Shown here: piece by piece, positions 29,848 to 40,600 of the stretch | Layout of the letters: each line of letters opens with the position of its first letter | How positions within the stretch are numbered: the first letter of the stretch is position 1 | Assembly (NCBI GenBank): GCA_032128875.1 | Contig: JAVLKG010000005.1 | Location: forward strand, 416,001 to 480,000 | Reading direction: 5' to 3' | DNA: 64,000 bases | Origin: Candidatus Melainabacteria bacterium 17Bon1m | GTDB lineage: Bacteria; Cyanobacteriota; Vampirovibrionia; Obscuribacterales; Obscuribacteraceae | The notes under the pieces: model-generated | What the model was told of the DNA's origin: nothing | What the model saw: the letters and a program-made list of their open reading frames with translations, nothing else | Databases searched by the model: none | Program-made: the position numbers and the translations under genes

Positions 29848-31059
29848 CTAGCCTTTTCTTGCTGCAAGTTCTTGCTTTGATTCAGCTCCACTTGCGATTG
29901 TCGGTTTTTCTACTTCAGTCTTTTTCTCTGTCTCTAACTTGCCAAACATTGCACAGAATATTGTGCATGCCAATCTGGTCACGAGCACAGGCAAATGCTT
30001 GCATGTTTCTGTTTCACGCTCCAGTCTTGCACGATTTGCTTCGCGTTCCTCCGGAGGCATTCCAGAATAGAACCGCATGTACACGGATGCCGGCAATTTC
30101 TGTGTTCTAAGCAGTCGAACAAGTTTATAAACTCGCTTTCGAAACAACAAGATTGCTTTCACAGGCTTGGCTGTTTCCGGGTCTAGATATTCGGCTAGTC
30201 CGTGCAGTGCAAACCAGAATGGTTGATAGCGCAGTGCCATTCGAAAAATTGGATACGAGTATGGTAGGTAGAGAGGATTTTTGTTGTTTCTGATTGCTAG
30301 TCCGTAATGGACGCATAGTCGGGCAGCCAAAAAACGCAACTCAAGTCCATAACGCAGGCTGTCTTCTCTCAGTACCTTTGCGGTGTAGTACTTAAGTGCT
30401 TTATAGATAATCTCAGGGTGCTCCATCTCGTTTCCTTCGTGATACCGAATTCTGCACAAAGGCTGATCAATAGCGAGAAACTGGTACTTCTTAGAAATGC
30501 GGCGCCACATGTCCGTATCTTCGAATCGGTTTTGTTTTACATCGAAAATGCCCACTTTCTCAAATACTTCCTTGCGCACCATGACGGTCGGAAGGCAAAT
30601 AGTAAGCGGTAAGTAAAGGGCTATCTCTTTGTAAATCCACCCGGATGATGGGGCCGGATATACGTACGGATGCAATTGTCCATTGATGTCCACATTGTAA
30701 GCGGCCGAATAAATCGCTCCATACTGAGGATTTTCATCCAAAGCCCGCACTCCTATCTCGAGCTTGTTGGGCATGTATTCGTCATCTGAATCCAGGAAGG
30801 TTATGTATTTGCCTTGTGCTAAAGAGATTGCCTTATTCCGAGCTGTAGAACGACCGCGGTTGGTTTGAAAAACATACCGAATTTTGTCGCAGCTTAGGCT
30901 TTCTACCATCAGCTTTGTGTCGTCTGTTGAGCCATCGTCAACTACGATAATTTCAAAATCTTGGTAAGTTTGCTCTAAACAGCTAAGCAACGCTCGCTTC
31001 AAGAGCGCGCTGCGATTGTAGGTTGGAATGATGATGCTGACAGTCGGCAAGTCTGGCAC
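29848..31059 (-). CDS. GT2 glycosyltransferase
   Basis: VSIIIPTYNR, VDDGSTD, ARN, FLDSDD, FEDTDMW. Confidence 0.92.
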   Translation of the reverse strand: MPDLPTVSIIIPTYNRSALLKRALLSCLEQTYQDFEIIVVDDGSTDDTKLMVESLSCDKIRYVFQTNRGRSTARNKAISLAQGKYITFLDSDDEYMPNKLEIGVRALDENPQYGAIYSAAYNVDINGQLHPYVYPAPSSGWIYKEIALYLPLTICLPTVMVRKEVFEKVGIFDVKQNRFEDTDMWRRISKKYQFLAIDQPLCRIRYHEGNEMEHPEIIYKALKYYTAKVLREDSLRYGLELRFLAARLCVHYGLAIRNNKNPLYLPYSYPIFRMALRYQPFWFALHGLAEYLDPETAKPVKAILLFRKRVYKLVRLLRTQKLPASVYMRFYSGMPPEEREANRARLERETETCKHLPVLVTRLACTIFCAMFGKLETEKKTEVEKPTIASGAESKQELAARKG

Positions 31060-31060
31060 C

Positions 31061-32023
31061 TTATCGGGACTTCTTAAGAAATGAAGGCATTATCTCGCTG
31101 AAAATCCTTTTGACGATTTGTCTTTTGTACAAAAACTCTTTTCCTTGAAACGCAGATGGACAGTAGAGAATCGCGTTGAGCGCATGCCATGCTGCGGTGT
31201 ATTTCGCAGAACCAGCGACCTGGCAAGCATGATAGTGTCCCCAACTGTACGCCTCGCTCTTCCTGGTGCGTACCTCTTTCGGTAAGTCTTTTCTGCTGAA
31301 TAAGCGATCTAGCATCTCAATGTCTTCGGATGACATTCTTTGTCCTTGCTCCGTTGAAGACAAGGACGTCGGATGTACTCTATAAGTGGCCAGCACTTGA
31401 GGGAGACGCTTAAAGGGTCCATTCAATCCCATGCGCAACCACAAATCGAAATCACTAATATATTTGACTTGAGGATCTCTCAAACCGGTCAAGTCCAGTG
31501 CTCTTCTACTAACAAACGTACCGGGACCTGGCATGCACTTGTGCGTGGTTAGCATCTCCAGGTAGTCGTAGTCAGGTGTTTGAACATCCATGACTGCTTT
31601 ACCGTCTTTGTCGATGTATTGCCAGTCCGGGTAGACAACCAACACGTCCGGGTTATTCAAGAAAGTATCTACGACCGCGCTGATGGCTCCAGGCAACAGG
31701 GGATCGTCTGAGTTGATGACTGCAATATATTCGCCTTTTGCCATCCCGTAGGCCTTATTCACCGTACGGATTTCGCCCATGTTCTTGTGGCTTTCCCAGA
31801 TCAGCCTGCCGGTGTACTCTTCGAGCAACTCAACAGTATTGTCTTTGGAGCCGTCGTCCAGCACGATGTATTCAACATTCGGATAGTCCTGCTGAAGAAT
31901 ACTTTCGATCGTTTCTCGCAAATAGTCGGCACGGTTATATGCCGGCGTAATGATGGTTACAAGCGGTTGCGTGGTTGGCCTGTTTTTCTTGTTTGTTTGC
32001 GACTCGACAATCGTGTTGGGCAT
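31061..32023 (-). CDS. GT2 glycosyltransferase
   Basis: IITPAYNR, LDDGSKD, INSDD, SDFDLWLR. Confidence 0.92.
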   Translation of the reverse strand: MPNTIVESQTNKKNRPTTQPLVTIITPAYNRADYLRETIESILQQDYPNVEYIVLDDGSKDNTVELLEEYTGRLIWESHKNMGEIRTVNKAYGMAKGEYIAVINSDDPLLPGAISAVVDTFLNNPDVLVVYPDWQYIDKDGKAVMDVQTPDYDYLEMLTTHKCMPGPGTFVSRRALDLTGLRDPQVKYISDFDLWLRMGLNGPFKRLPQVLATYRVHPTSLSSTEQGQRMSSEDIEMLDRLFSRKDLPKEVRTRKSEAYSWGHYHACQVAGSAKYTAAWHALNAILYCPSAFQGKEFLYKRQIVKRIFSEIMPSFLKKSR

Positions 32024-32109
32024 TTTTCAAACTGCTCACATAACCAAACGGTTGACCCTTGCCTCGTTCGGCATAGTCCAAGCGCTAATTGTATGTGCCT
32101 TTTGACAAT

Positions 32110-33336
32110 TTAGGCAGTTGAATTTTTTTCTATGTAAGGACTCGGAAGCAAGTTCCGAATCCCCGCAGCAAACGCACTTTCTGCAAATCGCTCTTGCCGT
32201 AGCCGCTGGAAGTTAGCCGTTAAGTCCTTATTCTGACCCGCATCCAAAAGCGTTTTTAGCGCAGGAATGAACAAATTTTCACTAAGTGATTCGAGGGTGA
32301 TGCCCAGTGAAAATTCTCTCATCGTGTCTTCTATCAAAGACGGCTTTAGCGCTCTAACAAGAAGCGGTCGCTCGGCCTCGATGTATGTAGGAAAATCATC
32401 AGGAAGGCAGAGAAGTGATCGCCTGGCTTGACCCTTTTCGCTTACGAAAGGCAGAAAATTGAGAGTGCATTCTTTAAGCGCAACAACTGTTTCTGACCGC
32501 GATAGTCCGCCCAGTATTTCAATTTCAGCTGGTTTTCCGCCAAATTTAAATGGTAAGCAGGCTATTGAACCGAGCAATCTAAGAGAAATCCGTTTTTCTT
32601 CCGTCTGCCAGTTAATGGCCTGACATGCCTCGATTAAGGCTTGCGTACCTTCCATAAATTTGGGATTGATCAAAGAACCAATAACAATTTCACCTCGCTT
32701 TTCTTTCGAAGCTATAGTTGGCACAAGTGGGTCTGGCTGCGCAGGAAGAGGGATTTCAATTCCGTTAACCGAGTGTTTTTCACTGTAGTAGTTTGCCATC
32801 GGCAGCGAAGCAAATCCTGCCGACTGTGCAGATTTGAGCACCTCTACAAATTCTCTGCCTATCTGATTGCAACTCTGTGAGTCATAACCTTCTTCCTGTA
32901 AGACGACATCCGGAAGCGACGCAGTAAACGTGGAATACCGAATCTTCAAGGCGTCAGCAACTTTGCGTGTCAGCCAAATATTTGCTGGATGGTCGAGCAC
33001 TGAAACGAGGTAACTAACTTGATTTTTCGCGGCGAATGACGCAATTTCTTCAACATACTTTTCCAGCTTCTTGAAGAACCTTTGTCGGAAAAGCCAATAA
33101 ATTGTTTGCTCCGCTTTTGAAATATTCATAGATCTATTGATTGTCGGCGCACCGGGCAACGGCAATCTCAACACTTTGAATTGCGATATCGCATTTTCTT
33201 GGGCGGGGCTAATTAGGACAATCGCTGCGCGGTCGGGCCCGAGATGCTCCGTTAGACACCGCATGAATCTGCGACCTGTCGCTGCATCGCCAGGCATGAA
33301 TGGGCTGAGTATTAGTATTTTGTCGCCGTCAGTCAA
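32110..33336 (-). CDS. Divergent GT-B fold protein (paralog family A, copy 2)
   Basis: ATG, ASLPMANYY, CTLNFLPF, LPDDFPTYIEAERPLL align with copies 1 and 3 but are degenerate. Confidence 0.65.
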   Translation of the reverse strand: MTDGDKILILSPFMPGDAATGRRFMRCLTEHLGPDRAAIVLISPAQENAISQFKVLRLPLPGAPTINRSMNISKAEQTIYWLFRQRFFKKLEKYVEEIASFAAKNQVSYLVSVLDHPANIWLTRKVADALKIRYSTFTASLPDVVLQEEGYDSQSCNQIGREFVEVLKSAQSAGFASLPMANYYSEKHSVNGIEIPLPAQPDPLVPTIASKEKRGEIVIGSLINPKFMEGTQALIEACQAINWQTEEKRISLRLLGSIACLPFKFGGKPAEIEILGGLSRSETVVALKECTLNFLPFVSEKGQARRSLLCLPDDFPTYIEAERPLLVRALKPSLIEDTMREFSLGITLESLSENLFIPALKTLLDAGQNKDLTANFQRLRQERFAESAFAAGIRNLLPSPYIEKNSTA

Positions 33337-33364
33337 AGGCGAAACCTATCCTTGAGTTTGCCAA

Positions 33365-34612
33365 TTATAGAGGGTGGTTTAATTCATCGGCAGGCACGTC
33401 GAGTAGTTTGGCGATCTGAGTGCGAAACGCCACCAGAGAATATTCAGACTCGAGTGCTTGATTTCGAGCTTGCCATGCGAGGTTGCGAAATTCCAAATCC
33501 GTAACTAGCCGAGAAATAGAATCAAGAATGTCTCTATGTTCCAGGCTGTGGCAAGTTAGACCAATGGGGTATTTCGCAAAGAAGTCTGTGGGGGTAGAAG
33601 CTCTCGGTCCGTGAAAGAGCACCGGCACGCCACTAGTCAGATAGGTACCCAGCTTGTCGGGAAAACATGTGCGAACTGATAAAGCGCGCGATTCATCGAA
33701 CCAGTAAGGCAGATAGGCGAAGTCGCATTTCGACAGCTCTTCAACTACAGACTCTTGATCTCGAAAACCTAACAATTGAATCGAAGAGTGTTGTTGGTCG
33801 AACTGCGCTGGAATGTAGAAATAGTTGGAGAGAACCTTCAGTGTGACTTGCTTTCCCGCCACTTTCCACTGCACCGAAGATAGTGCTTCGAAAAGTGATT
33901 TAAACTCATCTTGCGCGTAAAGACTGCCACTGAATCCGATGACAATTTGGCGGTCATTTTGCTCAGGAGCAAGACTGCGCTCCTTCTTTGTATCCGTATC
34001 TCGGACCGGGCGAATAAGAGTGATACCTTCGACCGCATAGCGAGCTTTGTACTCGGTGCTCATGCCATCAGACGCAACTGCCAGTGTTTTCGCGCGTTTG
34101 ACGCATGCAGCAAACTGAGACATAACTTTCTCTTTGGTGCTCTCATCAAATTGCAGAAGTTGCATTGTTGTTTCATGAGGGTCCCAAGCCAGGCAGATCA
34201 ATTCCGCATCCAGCGCCTTAGCGACTGCTTCTGCAATTACGGTTACAGTTGGACTGGCCAGCACAGCAAACACTTGTTTGCATCCCTGCTGCTTGCCAAA
34301 TTCGATTGCGCGCTGTTTAACCAATTCAACCTCGCGCCAGTAGTTTTGCCGTTTTTTGCGCAGCGAGATCTCTTTTAGTATTGGTAATTTGCTGGATGGT
34401 CTTAGCAGTTCTGTGGGCAGTTTTACTCGCTTTATACTCATGTCTTTGATGTCATTTGTGTCGCCGGGAAGCGCATAGTTCAATGATTCAAGGACGAAAA
34501 AAGATATTGTATCTTTTGGAAACGCAAGACAAATTTCGCGCAACAGTGCTTCGCCTGTTCCGGCTTTGCCCGGTGGAGTGGCTGAAATTATCAGTGTTTT
34601 TGGAATAGGCAT
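33365..34612 (-). CDS. GT-B fold glycosyltransferase (paralog family A, copy 3)
   Basis: IGFSGSLY, CDFAYLPYWFD, RTCFPDKLGTYLTSGVPVLFHGP; start set at MPIPK by comparison with paralogs (ORF is open to 34699). Confidence 0.8.
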   Translation of the reverse strand: MPIPKTLIISATPPGKAGTGEALLREICLAFPKDTISFFVLESLNYALPGDTNDIKDMSIKRVKLPTELLRPSSKLPILKEISLRKKRQNYWREVELVKQRAIEFGKQQGCKQVFAVLASPTVTVIAEAVAKALDAELICLAWDPHETTMQLLQFDESTKEKVMSQFAACVKRAKTLAVASDGMSTEYKARYAVEGITLIRPVRDTDTKKERSLAPEQNDRQIVIGFSGSLYAQDEFKSLFEALSSVQWKVAGKQVTLKVLSNYFYIPAQFDQQHSSIQLLGFRDQESVVEELSKCDFAYLPYWFDESRALSVRTCFPDKLGTYLTSGVPVLFHGPRASTPTDFFAKYPIGLTCHSLEHRDILDSISRLVTDLEFRNLAWQARNQALESEYSLVAFRTQIAKLLDVPADELNHPL

Positions 34613-34661
34613 TAATGAGGCGGCATCAAGCGTTTCATCAAGCTGCCTCCATAACAGGGCA

Positions 34662-35792
34662 TTACTTCTGCCAATAAACCGCCGCACCATCAACTTCAAT
34701 GAGAGGTGCTTCTATTTTTCGCTCGTACCTAAAATCTATAATTGCCTTTTTGCAGGTTTCTAATAAATAGTCATCAACAATTACAAATCCATTTTCGGAA
34801 ACCTTGTCGTACAAGGCGTTTAGTGCGTCCATTGTTGATTCGTAAAGGTCGCCATCCAATCTCAAAATAGCTAGTCTTTTGATCGGCGCCACTGGCAGCG
34901 TGTCTTTGAACCAACCTTTTAGGAAGTGCACTTGATCGTCTAAAAGTCCAAATTTCTCAAAGTTCTGTTTCACTGTCTCAATTGAAACGGCCAATTCTTT
35001 CAGAGTCCAGTGGGGATCTCCTTTGTCAGCCGGATACTTTTCTGCATCGGGTTTTGGTAAACCTTCGAACGAGTCAGCAACCCAGATTTTTCTGTCATTT
35101 TGCAAGTAAGCACGACATATTGCTCGCATGTAGATACACGCACCACCACGCCAAACTCCAGTTTCTATAAAGTCCCCAGGTATGTTTTGCTTTATCACTT
35201 TCTCGCAAAGAAACCTGAGATTAGCCATTCTGGCGCGCCCGATCATTGTCACTGCCTCAGAAGGCCAATCCCAACCAATTTCTCTCAAGTCAGGGTTGAA
35301 ATCATCTGAAGAGCCAACCTGTAGTGGTTTGTCTCGATACAAGAGACCTACCAGAGCCTTTTCTAGAAGGTCTAAATAGAGTTTGGTGGAAGTGCTATCA
35401 AAACCTTGTGCCTCAGAATCTCCAACCTTCAAATGCTCGAGTTTTGAGTCAATGGCATACTCCATTGTCGAAAGCTTACCTAGCACTCGTGCAAAACTTT
35501 GCCCGACTTGCTGTTTGAGGTGAGCAACCTCTCCTCTCAATAATTCTCGCTCTCTGGTGAGAGTGGCATTATCTGCGCGAAGCTCACGACACTCAGCTTT
35601 TGCGAGTTCAAGCTTCTCTTGAAGATCTTTGATTTGACCAATGATACTGTCGTATCGGTTTCGAATCGCCGGGATTGAGAGCGCGACCGAACGTACAAGA
35701 GTTTTCGTCACATCAAACCCCTTTGAATTACCGGACCTAGACTCCTGAATCGGTATGTTAAAACCTTCTACGCCGGTTTGTATTTCATTCAA
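34662..35792 (-). CDS. TylF/MycF/NovP-family sugar O-methyltransferase with N-terminal coiled coil
   Basis: TMIGRARM, GDFIETGVWRGG, DSFEGLP, KGWFKDTLP, LRLDGDLYEST, VDDY. Confidence 0.92.
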   Translation of the reverse strand: MNEIQTGVEGFNIPIQESRSGNSKGFDVTKTLVRSVALSIPAIRNRYDSIIGQIKDLQEKLELAKAECRELRADNATLTRERELLRGEVAHLKQQVGQSFARVLGKLSTMEYAIDSKLEHLKVGDSEAQGFDSTSTKLYLDLLEKALVGLLYRDKPLQVGSSDDFNPDLREIGWDWPSEAVTMIGRARMANLRFLCEKVIKQNIPGDFIETGVWRGGACIYMRAICRAYLQNDRKIWVADSFEGLPKPDAEKYPADKGDPHWTLKELAVSIETVKQNFEKFGLLDDQVHFLKGWFKDTLPVAPIKRLAILRLDGDLYESTMDALNALYDKVSENGFVIVDDYLLETCKKAIIDFRYERKIEAPLIEVDGAAVYWQK

Positions 35793-36074
35793 TTAATATG
35801 CCAACTGCGGACCAGTGGTCATTCTGCTAAGTTTTTAGCCTTTGAATTGCCAAAAGGGATTTTGCAGTTCGCGACATCACGATCATTCGGTATACCATTT
35901 CCTATCTCATTGCTTGGCTACCGTATATGCGTTTGATGTAATCAGCGCAGCCGCGTACGTCAAGCCTCGGTTAAGTCTTAGTAAGGGTATTGTCATGAGC
36001 CCCTTTTCAGCTCTTTTCAGATTACTCTTCTATGGCAATATTGAAGTAGTCAATAGACGAGGTCACGCTTCTCA

Positions 36075-37454
36075 ATGGGTTCCGGTAACAAGCTATTCGG
36101 TGCATACGACATCCGCGGCACATACGGTCAGGCACTCAACGAAGATTTTGCCTTCAAGCTCGGTAGAGCATTTGGGCGATTTCTCTCTCCTGTCGAGCGT
36201 TTACGGGTTTTGGTCGGTCACGATAGCCGTACACACTCTCCTGGGTTGGCCGAAGCGCTGACCGCCGGTTTGACGACCGCTGGGCATGACGTTGTTAACC
36301 TGTCTGTTGCTTCCACCCCGATGATCGCCTGGTTTGGAGCCACCAACGGCTTTGACGCGAGCATCGCTGTTACAGCCAGCCACCTGGGCAAGGAGCACAA
36401 TGGCTTCAAGCTTTACACGGGCAAGGCCAACCCCATCGGTGCCGGCAACGGGCTCAAGGAAATAGAGAAGATATTGAACGAACTGGAGCCGGTCAACGGC
36501 AAGAAACCCGGTTCGGTTTCCCAGATTGATGGAGTCCAACAATACATCGAGTACTTAACGTCGATGCTGGCGCCTCACCGCCGTTTGAAAGTGGCAATTG
36601 ACGTTGGGCACGGCGCTGCTGCTCCTGAAGTCACAGAACTGCTTAGAGCTTGCAAGAGCGTTGATTTTATTGCCCTTGCTTGCAGTGTAGATGGAGAGTT
36701 TCCAGCCCGTTCGCCAAATCCCCTCGATGAAGGCGCTCTTGCTGAATTGTCGAAGCTGGTCGTCGATGAGAAGTGCGACTTCGGTGTTGCGTTCGACGGC
36801 GACGCCGACAGGGCTATTTTCGTTGACGAAAAGGGCACAATGATCGCTACCGATCTAATGATCGGTTTGGTAGGCGCTCATCTGATCGAGAACAAAGGTG
36901 CCGGCACTGTTGTGTTCGATCTTCGCGCCAGCCGTTCTGTTGGCGAACATATTGAAAGCCTGGGCGGAAAAGCCGTGCGTACCGGCGTCGGTACTATGTT
37001 TATCAAAAACAACATGGTCGAACATAAGGCAATTTTTGCCGGAGAGCTTTCTGGCCACTACTACTACGGCGACATGTATGACAGCGATAATGCCATGCGC
37101 ACGTTGATTGAAGTCATCAATCTTGTATCGCGTAAGGGACATCCGCTTTCCGCACATATAGAGCCGCTTTCTCGCTATTCTTCTAGTGGCGAAATCAATT
37201 TGCGCGTGGCCGGAATCGAGCAAGTTTTGCGCCATCTTGATGAAGCCATCACAGGTGGTGCCAAAGACCATATCGATGGTTTGTCGGTAAACTTTCCGCA
37301 GTGGTGGTTTGCAGCTCGTGGTTCTCAAACTGAGCCGGTCTTGAGGCTGACTGTCGGAGCCGTTAACCGAGAGATTTTGGAAGAACAGACTAAACATTTG
37401 ATTGGAGTTATCAATCAAGTGAAAGTGCCTGTCGTAACTTCCGACTGCAATTAG
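36075..37454 (+). CDS. manB: Phosphomannomutase/phosphoglucomutase
   Basis: AYDIRG, TASH, FDGDADR, GELSGHYY, RGSQTEP. Confidence 0.92.
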   Translation: MGSGNKLFGAYDIRGTYGQALNEDFAFKLGRAFGRFLSPVERLRVLVGHDSRTHSPGLAEALTAGLTTAGHDVVNLSVASTPMIAWFGATNGFDASIAVTASHLGKEHNGFKLYTGKANPIGAGNGLKEIEKILNELEPVNGKKPGSVSQIDGVQQYIEYLTSMLAPHRRLKVAIDVGHGAAAPEVTELLRACKSVDFIALACSVDGEFPARSPNPLDEGALAELSKLVVDEKCDFGVAFDGDADRAIFVDEKGTMIATDLMIGLVGAHLIENKGAGTVVFDLRASRSVGEHIESLGGKAVRTGVGTMFIKNNMVEHKAIFAGELSGHYYYGDMYDSDNAMRTLIEVINLVSRKGHPLSAHIEPLSRYSSSGEINLRVAGIEQVLRHLDEAITGGAKDHIDGLSVNFPQWWFAARGSQTEPVLRLTVGAVNREILEEQTKHLIGVINQVKVPVVTSDCN

Positions 37455-37527
37455 AAAAGATGACCCTCGAACATTTAACCGACTTCACCTGAAGCTCGGC
37501 AGTCTTTGTTTGAAATTATTTTAAGAC

Positions 37528-37555
37528 GCGCGACGCTACCGCCTGTCGTGCTTTT
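37528..37555 (+). terminator. Possible weak intrinsic terminator hairpin after manB
   Basis: GCGCGACG-ctaccgcc-TGTCGTGC (two G-U pairs) followed by TTTT. Confidence 0.3.
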
Positions 37556-37666
37556 CAGGCTGTTGCACAAGGTTCCTAAGTGCCTCTAACTAAACTTGCC
37601 AACAAGTACTTTAGAATCCTCATTTAACGGAAATTCCGACTAAACAAAGGCAACTCATAGGCATAT

Positions 37667-40600
37667 ATGCCTCGTCGCACGGATATCTCTAAAATCCTCA
37701 TCATTGGCTCCGGTCCTATCCGCATAGGTCAAGCTTGCGAGTTTGACTATTCCGGAACCCAGGCGTGCCAGGCGCTCCGCCAGGAGGGCTTTGAGGTCGT
37801 TCTGGTCAATTCCAACCCGGCGACCATCATGACCGACCCAGAAGTCGCTCAGCGGACTTATATAGAACCTTTGACCACAGAATTTGTGGAAGCGGTAATT
37901 GCACGCGAACGTCCGCAAGCGTTACTGCCGACAATGGGCGGGCAAACGGCTTTGAACATTGCGGTGAATTTGCACGACCAAGGCATTCTTCAGCGCTACG
38001 GTGTTGAACTAATCGGCGCAACTATGGAAGCGATCAATGTCGCTGAGGACAGGGCTCTTTTCCGCAGCAAGATGATAGAAATCGGCGAACCTGTGCCGCG
38101 TTCATTCATTGCGCATTCGCTAGAAGAAGTCGAAGAACACAAAGACGAGATCCCTTTGCCTTGCATCATTCGTCCTGCTTTTACTCTCGGTGGCACCGGC
38201 AGTGGTGCGGCTGACACTTACGAACAATTAGTGGCGGCCTGCCGCATCGGTTTGGCTGCAAGCCCTGTCAGTGAAGTTCTTATCGAAGAAAGCGTTTACG
38301 GCTGGAAGGAAATGGAACTCGAGGTCGTACGCGATAAGAAGGATAACTTCATCGTCGTTTGCGGCATAGAAAACCTCGATCCGATGGGCGTTCACACCGG
38401 CGATTCGATTACCGTCGCGCCGATACAAACGCTTAGCGATCGCGAGTATCAAAAGCTTAGAGATGCCGCAGCGAAGATTATCAGAGCGATTGGAGTCGAT
38501 TGTGGTGGTTCCAATATTCAATTCGCCGTCAACCCGGTGAATGGTGATTACATCGTCATCGAGATGAATCCGCGCGTGTCGCGTTCGTCCGCACTGGCAA
38601 GTAAGGCGACGGGCTATTCCATTGCTAAAGTAGCTGCGAAGCTCGCAGTCGGCTTTACGCTTGATGAACTCAAGAATGAAGTGGCCGGAATTTCAGCTTG
38701 TTTTGAGCCATCAATTGATTATGTGGTGACCAAAATCCCTCGCTTCAATTTCGATAAGTTCTACGGTGCAAAAGATGGTCTAGGTACTGAGATGCGCTCG
38801 GTGGGCGAGGTTATGGCGGTCGGTACTACTTTTGCCGAATCCATGCATAAGGCTCTGAGAAGTTTGGAACTCAATCTGGCTGGATTTACCGAAACGCCTG
38901 GACGTGCCGCAGCTACTCGTGAGCTATTGACCCAGAGACTGGCGACTCCGTCGCGCTATCGTCTCACCGATATCGCCACTGCTTATGCCCAGGGGTGGTC
39001 GGTTGAGGATGTGCAAAAGGTCTCGAAAATAGATCCGTGGTTTCTCCATAATTTGAAAGAAATTTGCGACAACGAGCGCGGTGCGCGAGCCGTAATTGCA
39101 AAAATCATTGAGAATTTCGGTGTCAAAGCACTCTTCCGCGAGTTTGAAGCGGGCTTGCTTTTGCGTCTCAAGCGCGAGTTCTTCAGCGATGCTCAAATTG
39201 CATCATTTATCAATTCGGCAGTTGGGCGTGAAGTTGCCACTGAAGGTGCCATTTACGCTTTTCGCCAACGCCTCGATTTGCGCCCGGTGTATAAGGCCAT
39301 CGACACTTGCGCCGGCGAGTTTCCCACTCAAACGAATTACTTGTACTCGACATTTGCTCCGGCTCGAGAAGAATACAAAGCTGACGACTCCCAGAAAGTG
39401 ATCATCCTGGGCAGTGGCCCGAATCGCATCGGACAAGCCATCGAGTTTGACTACTGCTGCGTTCAAGCCAGCTTGGCTATAAAAGAGCAAGGCAAGAAGT
39501 CGATCATTGTTAATTGCAATCCTGAAACAGTCTCAACAGACTACGATGTTTCTGATGTTCTCTACTTTGAGCCGCTGACTCTTGAATCAGTGAGCAATAT
39601 TCTTGCCGTAGAAAAGCCGCTTGGAGTGATTGTGCAATTCGGTGGACAAACGCCGCTCAATCTTGCCGAGAAGCTGGAAGCCCGTGGATTCAAGATTTTG
39701 GGAACTTCGGTGAAAGCAATCAAGCTTGCCGAAGATCGCTCCAGTTTTAGAACAGTTTTGTCCGAGCTGGGCATCAGGCAGCCGGAAGGCGCCATTGTTC
39801 ATACCCGTGACGAGGCGCTGAAAGCTGCACGCTTGTTGGGCTTCCCTGTTCTGCTACGACCGAGCTTTGTTCTTGGTGGAAAAGCGATGCACATTGCTCG
39901 CTCTTCGGACCACTTGCTCGAATTGATTGATTCTATTTTTGCGGCGTCGCCGGATCAGCCACTTTTGATCGATCGCTTTTTACAGCATGCTGTTGAAGTT
40001 GACGTTGATGCACTTTCAGATGGCGAGACGACTATCGTAGCCGGCATAATGGAGCACATCGAAGAAGCCGGAGTTCACTCCGGAGACAGTTCGTGCGTGC
40101 TGCCTTCGGTGTCTTTGTCCGAAGAATCAAAATCTCGCATTGTCGCTGCTACCGAAGCAATTGCTGAAAAACTGTCCGTCAAAGGTTTGATGAACGTTCA
40201 GTACGCTATCAAAGACGGTGAGCTTTACGTGCTTGAGGTAAACCCGCGTGCCTCGCGCACTGTTCCATTCGTTTCAAAAGCAACCGGAGTATCGTGGGCA
40301 AAGTTGGCGACCCGAGTGATCATGGGTGAAAAGTTGAGCGACTTGAAGCCGCTTATTCAGCCGGTCGACAATGGTTATGCCGTTAAGTCTGTCGTCATTC
40401 CTTTTGAGCGATTTGTCGATGCACAAGTTTGCCTCGGTCCTGAGATGCGCTCAACCGGTGAGGTTATGGGCCAGGGGGCGAGCTTCGAGGAGGCTTATGC
40501 CCGCGCGCAAATCGCGTCAGGAAAAGCCTTGCCAGTCAATGGACCGGTTCTTATTGCTGCCTCGGAGCATTTGATTGGTGAGGCGCTAAGTGTTGTTGAT

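Noticed and set aside
35842-36261. 139-aa ORF overlapping the manB start
   Set aside because: TTG start, no motifs, out-of-frame overlap with manB; the region is better explained as a divergent promoter
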